From assembly GCA_035430965.1 (NCBI GenBank), contig DAOMHQ010000003.1:1-56957 (forward strand): a stretch of 56,957 nucleotides of DNA, given 5' to 3'. The stretch is from a bacterium. Its GTDB lineage: Bacteria > Hinthialibacterota > Hinthialibacteria > Hinthialibacterales > JAKPRU01. The notes under the pieces are model-generated. The model saw only the letters and a program-made list of their open reading frames with translations, searched no databases and was not told the DNA's origin. How positions within the stretch are numbered: position 1 is the stretch's first letter; each line of letters opens with the position of its first letter. The position numbers and the translations under genes were made by a program. Shown in pieces: positions 43,625 to 52,864 of the stretch.

Positions 43625-44695
43625 TCAGGTGGATGATGCCCGCAACGCTTGCCTGACGCCCGCCCAGACCTCATCAACGGTGATACGGTCCATACAAAGA
43701 TGATGCCCAAGCGGACAATGGCGCTCCAGGCATGGCGCACACGGCATCGCGTGACGAATCAACACATGTCCCTCACCCCAGGGCCGTGTCGTATAAGGAT
43801 CTGTGGAACCGATTGGAACCACAACGCGACATCCCAGCGCGGCGGCGACATGCATTGCACCCGAATCATTGCAGATCACCACGCCACACCTGGAAATCAG
43901 CGCCATGAACTGACGCATGTTGGTGCGACCACCGAGATCCAGGCAACCGTTGCTGATGGCGTTGCTCACCTCAAACGTAAGTTCCCGCTCTTTCTCGTTC
44001 CCGAAAAGAACAACCTGTTTGCCGATGCCGACCAGCCTCTTGCCGATTTCAATGAACCGCTCCAGCGGCCACTGCTTCGCCGTTCCGTAAGTCGCGCCGG
44101 GCACAAGCCCGCACGGGCGATCCTCCGGTCGAATTCCGTCCCGCTGCAAACGTTCCGCCGCCCACCCGGATTCCTCTTCCGTCACCACAATCCGTGGTTC
44201 GGGAACCGCATGGGCACGTTCCCCGTTCCGAAGAATTCCCAGGTAATAATAGACCTGGTGATGCCCCAAAATCTCCCTGGGCAGAGGCCGAGAATCCGTG
44301 AGTAACCACTCGCGACCTCGAATCCCATATCCGATCCGATAAGGCACAGCAGCAAGACGTATCATCAGTGCCGAGGAAAACGAATTCGGCATGACAAAAG
44401 CGTGTGTAAACATCTTCCGGTTCAGTTCCCCCGCCATCACCAGCATTCCACGGTATCCCTGGTGACGGCCATTGCGCTCATAGACCAGGATCTCGTCAAG
44501 ATCGGGATGGTATTTCAGAAGGTCGGCCACGGAAGGAACAGCCAGAATCGTGATGTGCGCCCTGGGATAGGCGCATCGTAAGGCATGGATCGCGGGCGTG
44601 ATGAGAACCGTATCTCCCACCCAGTTGGTCGAGCGGACAAGAATACGCCGGACCCCCGCTGTAGATCCCGAACTATCAGAAGCTGAGTGCGACAT
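43625..44695 (-). CDS. Glycosyltransferase family 9 (heptosyltransferase II/RfaF-like)
   Basis: RILVRSTNWVGDTVLITPAIHALR...PGATYGTAKQWP...CNDSGAMHVAAALG is the GT9 signature. I chose the ATG at 44695. Confidence 0.85.
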   Translation of the reverse strand: MSHSASDSSGSTAGVRRILVRSTNWVGDTVLITPAIHALRCAYPRAHITILAVPSVADLLKYHPDLDEILVYERNGRHQGYRGMLVMAGELNRKMFTHAFVMPNSFSSALMIRLAAVPYRIGYGIRGREWLLTDSRPLPREILGHHQVYYYLGILRNGERAHAVPEPRIVVTEEESGWAAERLQRDGIRPEDRPCGLVPGATYGTAKQWPLERFIEIGKRLVGIGKQVVLFGNEKERELTFEVSNAISNGCLDLGGRTNMRQFMALISRCGVVICNDSGAMHVAAALGCRVVVPIGSTDPYTTRPWGEGHVLIRHAMPCAPCLERHCPLGHHLCMDRITVDEVWAGVRQALRASST

Positions 44696-46178
44696 CCAAG
44701 CTCGAACTGCGTATTCCCGGTATCCCGAGTGGGTCGATGGCCCGCACGGTAATCTTGTAAGCCCCCGGAACAGTCGGGGAACCCCGACTGGCAAGCATGA
44801 ACTTGATGGATAGCTGACCGCCGGTCTGAAAACGGGTTCCCCAAGGCCAATTATTCGAATTCGTCCATCCCATGACGGTCACTTCATAGTCAATCGCTCC
44901 CTCCACCGGCTCGAAGAAAATCTCGCAATAGGCTAATTCAAATACCTTCATCGCCATGGGAGATTCCGCGTTTACTGTCCGATTGTAGGTGGCGGAACCG
45001 CCTTGCGGCGGATTGTATAAATCGATTGTGGTAAACTGCGTGGGAGGCAACTGAGGTTTTGACAGGCTATCGGACAAGGACGCCGCATCTTCCTGTAATA
45101 TCGCTTCATTCTTGTCGTAATCGGCCTGTACCTGAAATCCCTCATTGGCCTTGACCAGATACCAAGCTCCGGCAAATGCGAACAGATCCAATCCGTCAAA
45201 GACTCCGTTAGCATTTAAATCATAATCCGGCTCATTGTAAGGAGTCACCACCTCAGTGGGGGTTTCCCCGGTGGAAATCTTGAAGGTGGAACCTGAAACG
45301 GGCGAACGATTACCCAGGCTGTCGAGCGCCTGAACACTCCAGGTGTATGTCCCCGGATAAAGCCCCTGGTATCCCGCATACGGACGAACCTCCGTCTGCG
45401 AAAGGTTGGAATAGAATATGGAAGCCTGCGGTTGAGGAGCGGTTACGGAGACTTCATACACAATGGACGTTCCCCCGGTCACAGCAGCCCACCGCAGCAG
45501 GACCAGGCCTATCTGATTACTGGGGATCGCCTGAGTCGAGGGAATAACCTGGCTGTTAACCAGAACTTGAAGCGATTGAGGAGCGGAAAGAATCGGCGTC
45601 GGTGTCGGTGTCGGCGTCACATTCCGAATCTGGAAATACGGGACATACGATGACAGATTTCGTCCCCCGGAGGTCCATTGCTGACTGAGAAAGAATAGAT
45701 CCTTGTAGTTCACTGCATTGTCATCGTTGACATCCAGATCCGGGGTAGGTATCGGACGGGGAGTCATGGTCGGTGTCGGTGAAACCGATACAACAAAAGA
45801 CCATGTCTCGGAGAACTCGCTTTCGATAGAATCCTCTTCCGAACCGAATATGCTTTTCACTCGCCAGTAGTAGGTTCCTGTGAATGTCGTATCGAGCGCT
45901 CCGTTCTGCCCGAATACAAAACTCGTCGTGGTCGTGCTGGTTGTGTAGGGAAAACCCTGGTTAAAACTGGAAGGGCCGATAATTTCGATCTCATACTTGA
46001 CTGCACCGGACACAGATTCCCAATGCAGCCCATCCGAGCGAATCTGAGAGAGATACACTTGCGCCCCGTTTGCAGGTCTCACCAGCTGCGGCGCGGGATA
46101 TTCCTGTTGTGCATACCCACTGAATACTGTGAAGTGCAAGAACGCCCCGAGGATAGGAACCCAGATCGTTTTCATCAT
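44676..46178 (-). CDS. Secreted repeat protein with FN3/Ig-like modules and dockerin/EF-hand-like loops
   Basis: It has a signal peptide (MMKTIWVPILGAFLHFTVFSGYA) and repeated beta-rich modules with YxWxV motifs (GTYYWRVKS, GTYTWSVQA, GAYKITVRA). It also has T/P linkers and two Ca-loop-like motifs (DVNDDNAVNYKD, DLNANGVFDGLD). Confidence 0.55.
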   Translation of the reverse strand: MMKTIWVPILGAFLHFTVFSGYAQQEYPAPQLVRPANGAQVYLSQIRSDGLHWESVSGAVKYEIEIIGPSSFNQGFPYTTSTTTTSFVFGQNGALDTTFTGTYYWRVKSIFGSEEDSIESEFSETWSFVVSVSPTPTMTPRPIPTPDLDVNDDNAVNYKDLFFLSQQWTSGGRNLSSYVPYFQIRNVTPTPTPTPILSAPQSLQVLVNSQVIPSTQAIPSNQIGLVLLRWAAVTGGTSIVYEVSVTAPQPQASIFYSNLSQTEVRPYAGYQGLYPGTYTWSVQALDSLGNRSPVSGSTFKISTGETPTEVVTPYNEPDYDLNANGVFDGLDLFAFAGAWYLVKANEGFQVQADYDKNEAILQEDAASLSDSLSKPQLPPTQFTTIDLYNPPQGGSATYNRTVNAESPMAMKVFELAYCEIFFEPVEGAIDYEVTVMGWTNSNNWPWGTRFQTGGQLSIKFMLASRGSPTVPGAYKITVRAIDPLGIPGIRSSSLDVALSF

Positions 46179-46252
46179 CCAACTCTAGGAATCATAATGG
46201 ATTATCCAATCCTTACTTCTAACATTGCCCGAGCGGGCGCGCAAGAGGATCT

Positions 46253-48142
46253 TCACGAAGAAACGCCACGATTTGCCAGCCAGAGTTCGATCAATCCCAG
46301 GAAAATAACAATCCCCAGAATCTGCGAACGAAGCGGGACTGGCGCAGCCAGAATGGACCCCGGCTGTTCCAGCTCCTCCGCCGAAAAGAACCGGACAAGT
46401 CCCCCCTGCTCCAGTCTCTGTCGCTCCTCATCGGAGAGCGGACGAAGATCCCCTTCCGGATTCGGCCCGGCACACAACCATAACTCGGAATCCTGGCGCT
46501 TCGCCAGGAATTTCACGGACTCCAGCACAATCGAAGGGAAGATCGGGCTGCGCAGGATTCTTGTGCCGGTTCCCTGCCCGACATTGATATAAATCACTCT
46601 TCCCAGCCCCTGGTCTGCAACGCCGAGCAGGTCCGTCCGAGGCCCTTCCCGCGTACCGAAGAATGCCGTCGGGTTTGCCGATGGAGAATACCCTGCCAGT
46701 GGGGATTGCCATTCCCGCCAAGTCGTCTCCGGCCAATCGGACAGAATCTGACCCAGCGGGCCGGCCGCCTCAAACGCGGCATCCTGTGGCGTGGCGTTCG
46801 GATCGAGAGACTGCCATTTGAGAAGCAGATCCGCACCGAATTGCTCCGGATTGCAGTCGAGTAACAACAGGCAATTTCCCCCCTGCCGAACCCATGCGGC
46901 ACACTGCGGGATTTGCGATTGGACCGAGGAAAGAGCGGCCACCAACAGCCCGTCTGTCGGAATCCCCTCTACGCCCTGAACCGAGACCGGCTCAAAGGCA
47001 CGCGCCACCCCATCCGTCTCCAGGCATCCCCGCACAGCCTCCACTGCGGTAGTGTCACCGAGGATACAGACCTGTCTGCCGGAAAGCACGGGGATCTCAC
47101 CGGTAATGCGAGTCAGCGGAGAACGGCTCTGATCCTCCGATAACTCCAGAGCAACCAGAATGACATCCCTCTCTCCCACCGCCGCACCCAACCGGACATT
47201 CATTCGCATAGAGGAATCCTTCACAACTCTTTCGGGCGGAGTGCCATCCAGCGGACACGGAGTCTCTGCAAGCACAACCGGCTCCGCATCTTCCAAAATC
47301 AAACGGAGAATCAGATGCCCGGACTTCGGATCTCCCCACTGGTGCACAGTCGCCTGGATCTCCTCATCGAATCCTGCTGCCCAGGGAACACTCGACATGG
47401 AGGCGATATCCACCCAGACAGCCTGCGTCGGACGTTCTCCCACCGTAATCACCCAAAGCGGCGGCACTCCTGGCTGCCCGCCCGGCGGCGAATCGAGCAG
47501 ATCCCTCCATCCGGAAGCCTGGTGGTCCGTGATCAGAACCACCGGCGACAGGCCCGCATCCCGCGAGATTTCCTCGAGCAGAGAGCGAAAACGCGAAGAT
47601 CGTTCTATAGGATTCGATTCATCCAGGATTCGCGCCAAGTCCGATACGCTGCCCCGATGCAAACGATCCCGCAGGGAAATCGAGCCGCCATTTGTGTCAC
47701 TCCAGAATCCCAGCGACCAGGATCGACCAAAATCGGATTGAAGAACTTGCCGGGCCTGATCCACAGCCTGTTGCCAGGATGAAAGATCCCCGCCGGTATG
47801 CCGCATACTCGCCGATTGATCCAACAGAAGAACCGCTTCCTCTCCCGAACGAGCATCCAGGATGGTGCGCAGCTGCTCCCGTGTCTCTCCCCATCCACCG
47901 GAAATCCATACCGGGTCCGCTGCCGCCATGACCAAGCCGATCACAATCAGAATCCGTAACAGCAGCAGCAGCCATTCCTGCAACCGTGGGCTGATAAATT
48001 CCTGCGCCTCCACCTCGCGCAAAAAAGAGATGAACGCAAACGGGACTCTCGGAATCTCTCTCGGCAGACGCCGCCGAAGAATCCACGGCAGAACGGATGC
48101 CACAAGGCCCCACAAGAAAGCGGGGGACGCGAAGACAATCAT
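46253..48142 (-). CDS. BatA-type membrane protein (aerotolerance-regulator N-terminal double-TM domain + vWA-like MIDAS)
   Basis: The N-terminus MIVFASPAFLWGLVASVLPWILRRRLP...FISFL matches the BatA_N pattern. It also has a DxSxS motif (LLLDQSASM) and a C-terminal TM anchor. The ATGA overlaps the upstream gene. Confidence 0.65.
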   Translation of the reverse strand: MIVFASPAFLWGLVASVLPWILRRRLPREIPRVPFAFISFLREVEAQEFISPRLQEWLLLLLRILIVIGLVMAAADPVWISGGWGETREQLRTILDARSGEEAVLLLDQSASMRHTGGDLSSWQQAVDQARQVLQSDFGRSWSLGFWSDTNGGSISLRDRLHRGSVSDLARILDESNPIERSSRFRSLLEEISRDAGLSPVVLITDHQASGWRDLLDSPPGGQPGVPPLWVITVGERPTQAVWVDIASMSSVPWAAGFDEEIQATVHQWGDPKSGHLILRLILEDAEPVVLAETPCPLDGTPPERVVKDSSMRMNVRLGAAVGERDVILVALELSEDQSRSPLTRITGEIPVLSGRQVCILGDTTAVEAVRGCLETDGVARAFEPVSVQGVEGIPTDGLLVAALSSVQSQIPQCAAWVRQGGNCLLLLDCNPEQFGADLLLKWQSLDPNATPQDAAFEAAGPLGQILSDWPETTWREWQSPLAGYSPSANPTAFFGTREGPRTDLLGVADQGLGRVIYINVGQGTGTRILRSPIFPSIVLESVKFLAKRQDSELWLCAGPNPEGDLRPLSDEERQRLEQGGLVRFFSAEELEQPGSILAAPVPLRSQILGIVIFLGLIELWLANRGVSS

Positions 48143-48789
48143 ACGTCGGGAACCTCATCGCGATATTCATTCAACAGCAGCAAGAGCGCCGCATTCGCCG
48201 TGATCGCCGCCCAGATCGCCGGAACGACAAACAACAACGGTGAAAGAATACAACATACCGCCATCCACAATAGCCAGACACCCACACCGGTCAAAACATA
48301 CCCCGGTCCGATCAAGACCGCGAGTGCCGACCGCTTCAATGTGCACCAGAATCTCTCTTTTTGATGGACCAGCAAGGGAAAGAAATAAAATCCCATCGCC
48401 AGATAGAACAGCAACGACCAGAAACAGATCCCTGCAAGCAGGTATCCCCATAGCCCCCATTCGTCACCGTGACGAAGATAGAACCAGAAACTGAATCCCA
48501 GCGGCACATACAGCAGCAGGTAAGACCAGCCATATCCCAATCCACGCCAGAAATAGCGCCGATATTCCGTAAAGAATCGGCTCGCCGACGGGTCTCCGAA
48601 CCGCACCAGGCTGTTCGCATAGGCACAAATCGCACAAAAAGACACTGGAATTCCCAGGATCGGCAACGGCACGACAAAAGCCAGAACGGCAAGGAAATTC
48701 ACCAGGAGATTCCTGCCCAAGTCATCGTAAAAATGAAACCACGTCACGCGGAGAAGATGCAAAATTGGCGGCCCGAAATCACCCTGCAT
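48139..48789 (-). CDS. Polytopic membrane protein (DUF624/YesL-like)
   Basis: Six hydrophobic segments and N-terminal LGRNLLVNFLAVLAFVVPLPILGIPVS resemble the YesL family. This is a weak assignment made by eye. Confidence 0.4.
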   Translation of the reverse strand: MQGDFGPPILHLLRVTWFHFYDDLGRNLLVNFLAVLAFVVPLPILGIPVSFCAICAYANSLVRFGDPSASRFFTEYRRYFWRGLGYGWSYLLLYVPLGFSFWFYLRHGDEWGLWGYLLAGICFWSLLFYLAMGFYFFPLLVHQKERFWCTLKRSALAVLIGPGYVLTGVGVWLLWMAVCCILSPLLFVVPAIWAAITANAALLLLLNEYRDEVPDV

Positions 48790-49025
48790 GATCCGCAGGA
48801 AAATTCGCGGCGGAGCGGGCGGGAATCACCCCAGCCTCATTCCACATACAATTGCCTGGAGAACATACTCCAGGATCTCGTTCCGGCAAAAGATAGCATT
48901 GGGGCGTGTCCTGGAAAGGGCGGTACGGAAGTACTCCAGTCGGGAATCCCGCATCCAGGCCCCGTGCCTGTTTCTGATCCTCTCCATTCTGGGAGAAGGG
49001 GGCGGGGTTGAGGATTTACCCCCGC

Positions 49026-49778
49026 TCAATGCGAAAGCGCATACATAATGATGTTGATTCCCAACTGAATGGAGAGCGGACCTGACGAACTGTACCCGGT
49101 CCACGCGCAGTGCAGATCCGTCGATGACAGAAACACCGCTATGCGATCCCCGACAAACAGCCCCTGCCCTCCGTGGTTCGTTCCATGACCGATCGCGAGC
49201 GGCAATCCGACATCCCGCATGTCATATACATTGTTGTAGATTTCATGGTTCCGGTCGATCAGCTTGACCGATCCCTGACCGAATACCTCTTCCAGCATCT
49301 TGTACGAACTCTGGTAAAAATAATCTCCCTCATGCCCACGGATACAATCATCCATAAGAATGAATCCACCCTCATGGATATACTGTTTCAGTATCTCCTT
49401 TTCACGAGTGCTCAGCGTATACTCTCCTTCGGCGGTCATAAACAAGAACGGAAATTCCCGCAACGGCTCGATTTCCTTCAAAGTAACAACTGCGTTGAAA
49501 TGACTTTCATTTCCCCATCGCGGATAGCCGTCATGACAGTTCTGCGGTTCCTTTACCCGGCAGCGAACAACCGAGCCGAATTCCCGAATCAGATTCCGAA
49601 CACAGCCGGGATAGTAGTTCCAACGGTCGCTTGTGGTATCATGGCAATGAAACTCTACCGTCGGAAACAGGAAATCGTATTGATCGTTCTCTCTCAGTGG
49701 GCTGAGCGCGTGCGCCGCTGTTCCAAGTGCAGGTGCCGCCGCCACAAGACCCGTTCTGAAGAATTCACGACGATTCAT
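49026..49778 (-). CDS. Tat-exported DUF4159-like protein
   Basis: It has a twin-arginine signal (MNRREFFRTGLVAAAPALGTAAHA). FPFLFMTAEGEYTLSTREKEILKQYIHEGGFILMDDC matches the DUF4159 core pattern seen in Bat/MoxR neighbourhoods. Confidence 0.55.
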   Translation of the reverse strand: MNRREFFRTGLVAAAPALGTAAHALSPLRENDQYDFLFPTVEFHCHDTTSDRWNYYPGCVRNLIREFGSVVRCRVKEPQNCHDGYPRWGNESHFNAVVTLKEIEPLREFPFLFMTAEGEYTLSTREKEILKQYIHEGGFILMDDCIRGHEGDYFYQSSYKMLEEVFGQGSVKLIDRNHEIYNNVYDMRDVGLPLAIGHGTNHGGQGLFVGDRIAVFLSSTDLHCAWTGYSSSGPLSIQLGINIIMYALSH

Positions 49779-49795
49779 TCTTCTCTACCTCCTGT

Positions 49796-50620
49796 TCACG
49801 GACTCTGCCGCATCTCGAGAGGAAAGTAGTGCGCCGCAATTCTGCCATCGACGTCTTCTTCCTCGTAGCGCCAGGGCTGCTGGCTCGGTACGCCGTCCCC
49901 GTTGTCCTCTAATAGCGCGTTTTCCGTTCGCAGAAAATCCTGTTCGCGATATAGCCGGTCGATCTCCTGCGCGGCTCTTTGGAATGCTTCCAATAGAGAA
50001 ATCGCGCCGTCGCCGTTTCCGTCGCCCTCGATTGCCGTCAGGGCGGGAATGAAATGTCGCGAAAATATCGTACTGTACGGTTGATCGCTTCGCGCCGAAG
50101 CGATAACGATCTTCCCCGGTCCCGCGAGGGATTCAATAGCCAGACCTGCACCCGGACAATCGAGAATGACTACCGCCGTTGCGGAATGGATCTCTCCAAG
50201 CCAGCGTGACAGATCCCGATGCGTGATATCCTCTCCCGGCAGATTCAACCGCAAGTCGTCATTTACCACGTTCGCCTGTCCGACATAGTAGAATATGAAT
50301 CGATCCCCTGCCTGAATCGCGCCGGAGAGAGACTGCATAGCCCCCCGTACGCTCTCCGCTGACGACGTTCCCGAAGAATTCGGGACCGAGGAACCGGGCG
50401 GAGTGAGTACAAAAAGACTGTTCGGACACGAGGCCGCGAATGCATCCCTCAGCTGAACGAGAAAGCCGTCCTGATCGCTGATTTCCATGGGATCTTTGTG
50501 GATACCGCCTACCGCCAGCACATACGTCTTCGCTGTGTTCTGCGCCTGCACCATGCCCGAAACACAGCACAGGAAGAACGTCACGACAGGTAGCATTATG
50601 AGAGTCTTCATCATTTTCAT
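49796..50620 (-). CDS. Secreted caspase/legumain-fold (C13/C14-like) protein with EF-hand-like loop
   Basis: It has a signal peptide. FIFYYVGQAN...VVILDCPGAG...IASARSDQPYS follows the caspase-fold layout. DGNGDGAISLLE fits the 12-residue DxNxDGxIxxxE calcium loop. Confidence 0.5.
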   Translation of the reverse strand: MKMMKTLIMLPVVTFFLCCVSGMVQAQNTAKTYVLAVGGIHKDPMEISDQDGFLVQLRDAFAASCPNSLFVLTPPGSSVPNSSGTSSAESVRGAMQSLSGAIQAGDRFIFYYVGQANVVNDDLRLNLPGEDITHRDLSRWLGEIHSATAVVILDCPGAGLAIESLAGPGKIVIASARSDQPYSTIFSRHFIPALTAIEGDGNGDGAISLLEAFQRAAQEIDRLYREQDFLRTENALLEDNGDGVPSQQPWRYEEEDVDGRIAAHYFPLEMRQSP

Positions 50621-52852
50621 TTACACAAGTCCGATCCCACGGCGGATAACCCAGGCCGTTGTCAGAATGCCGCACAGGACGAAAAAGAGAGACCAGCGTC
50701 TCCAAACACTGGTCACAGTGCTCTGTCGAACTACCTCTCGTTTCGCCGGAAACATTTTCAGAATTTGCGAATCCACTTCCGAAACATCCATATAGGTCGC
50801 CCCGATTTTCTTGGCCAGTTTCTGCAAGAATTCCCTGTCCCGTTTGATCCGGTCCATCTCCAACGTGGGAAACGGCAGGTGCGTTGCAAGTGTATCCTCC
50901 CCAAGGAATGTCCCTGCCCGTTCGGCCTCGACATGCGCCAATACCGCCTCTTCACGTACGTCGGAAACCGCCACACGGTATCGACCGTCCTGCGCCGGAT
51001 CCATTCGATACGCCTCGCCATCCAATTCCAGCAACACCGTCGCCTGGTCAACCGGAAGGAACTGGCTGTCATAAACAAACGCGCTGAACTCCACGTTCTG
51101 GGGTTTTTCCGGATTGCGCTCCGCGAACAAGTCAATTCCGGCGTTCTCGCCCGGAAGGCTTTTCATGTATGCCGTAAGACGCGAAAAGAATCGCTGGAGT
51201 AGCCCTCCATCAAGATCCTCACGGTACCACTGGTGAAATCCGAGAATGTTTACAAAGCACACACTTCCTCTACCGACCTGGTGCACACAAATCAGCGGGA
51301 TCTCCCCAAGGTTCAGCAGACTTGTTGCACCGGGCTTTTTCGACACCGTTCCAAAGAAGGAAGCCGTCTCGGCGGGAAATTCGGTCGTGTCCGCTTCGGT
51401 TAAAATGAATGAGTTCCGCCCTTCCGTTGTCACATAAGCCTTCCCCCTCTTTCCGGTCCATGGCTCGCTTAACACATCGGACCATTCAATTGGCAGCAGG
51501 GATCGCGCCTTCGCATTACCCCACAGTTGAACATCCCGCTGAACGGAATCATCGGCAACCAGGATCAGGCCGCCGCCCCGATTCGTTACGAATCGGTATA
51601 ACGTTTCGATCTGCGCTTCCGTCAGATCCTGATAGCCGACAAAATCCATAATAATCACATCATACTCATTAAACTCCGCCGCATTCGCGGAAAGCTGCAT
51701 CGCCTGAGCATAGTCGGAGGTCTCCCTCTGCCCCCTCATCGCGGAATCGAAATCTGCCCGGCTGTCGCGTGATCCCCCGCCTCGCTTCTCGATTGCCATA
51801 ACCGCGTCCAACCGAAAATCCAGATCGATCTTCTTATCCCTGGATAATGCCTCGCGGATTTTGCCGGCATCGAATCTGGCCATCCTGGCGTAGTACAATA
51901 CCTTCATTCGGGGATCTGCAATGCACTCGACTATGGTCGAACGCTCATTATTCGTTACATTACTTTCTCCTTCCGGGCCGACCGCCCGCGCCGTGATTGT
52001 ATGCCCCCCAATACCGGGCGCAGCAAGCGGGAACATCACGGTAAATTCCTCTCCCGCATTCTTGACCGAATATTTTTGTGTCGCGATCAATTCCCCGTCT
52101 TCGAGTAGCTCCACACGAATTTCCGAACCGGCAAGAGCCTCGGCAAATACGGATACCTCGGCGGAATAGCCGGTATCGATCAATACACGGCCCGGCGCAC
52201 GAATCGAACGAAGCGAGAGATCTCCCACGACGTTCTCCGAGCCGACACCCACAATCACAATCTTGAAATCCCCGGTGTTTATCGGGCGATAGGAATCCAG
52301 GTTCTTGGAATCTGCCTGACCGTCCGTGAACAAAACGGCCCCGACAAGACCGCTCCCCGACTTTGGAGGAATCGACGCATTGGATACAGGAAGCGACCTC
52401 TCGATTTCGTCGAATGCGGATCGCAGATTTGTAATCGCGCCCCATCGACTCAGGGAACGGACTGTGTCACATTCGTAGACGGAACGGTCGAAACCAAAAA
52501 TGCGGTATACCGGGCGATCTGCAAGACCCGGCCCGAATACGTCATGAAACAATTCCACAGCCCTGTTCAGACGACTCAGATTCCCCATATCCTTCACGGA
52601 CATGCTTTCGCTTGTGTCGAAGAAAGTCAATACCGTATTCGGCACTTGTTCTCGCTGCCCGACAGGACGCGATGGATCCCAGAGAACAACGAATACCAAT
52701 ACAAGCGCAGAATATTGGAGAACACCGAGAATCCATCGCCAGGATGCCGCTTTCCGGACAGCCTCGGCACGAAAGGTAAAGAATAGCCCAATCGCGGAGA
52801 GTGTCACGACACCCACGACAATCCACAATCCCGGATAATCTACAAAGATCAT
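50621..52852 (-). CDS. Membrane-anchored vWA-like / glutamine-amidotransferase-like protein (BatB/DUF1355-type)
   Basis: It has two N-terminal TMs, a MIDAS-like FFDTSESMS, a later VIIMDFVGYQDLTEAQIETLYRFVTNRGGGLILVADD module and a C-terminal TM. Its stop abuts the next gene's start. Confidence 0.55.
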   Translation of the reverse strand: MIFVDYPGLWIVVGVVTLSAIGLFFTFRAEAVRKAASWRWILGVLQYSALVLVFVVLWDPSRPVGQREQVPNTVLTFFDTSESMSVKDMGNLSRLNRAVELFHDVFGPGLADRPVYRIFGFDRSVYECDTVRSLSRWGAITNLRSAFDEIERSLPVSNASIPPKSGSGLVGAVLFTDGQADSKNLDSYRPINTGDFKIVIVGVGSENVVGDLSLRSIRAPGRVLIDTGYSAEVSVFAEALAGSEIRVELLEDGELIATQKYSVKNAGEEFTVMFPLAAPGIGGHTITARAVGPEGESNVTNNERSTIVECIADPRMKVLYYARMARFDAGKIREALSRDKKIDLDFRLDAVMAIEKRGGGSRDSRADFDSAMRGQRETSDYAQAMQLSANAAEFNEYDVIIMDFVGYQDLTEAQIETLYRFVTNRGGGLILVADDSVQRDVQLWGNAKARSLLPIEWSDVLSEPWTGKRGKAYVTTEGRNSFILTEADTTEFPAETASFFGTVSKKPGATSLLNLGEIPLICVHQVGRGSVCFVNILGFHQWYREDLDGGLLQRFFSRLTAYMKSLPGENAGIDLFAERNPEKPQNVEFSAFVYDSQFLPVDQATVLLELDGEAYRMDPAQDGRYRVAVSDVREEAVLAHVEAERAGTFLGEDTLATHLPFPTLEMDRIKRDREFLQKLAKKIGATYMDVSEVDSQILKMFPAKREVVRQSTVTSVWRRWSLFFVLCGILTTAWVIRRGIGLV

Positions 52853-52864
52853 TCTTCTTCCCCG

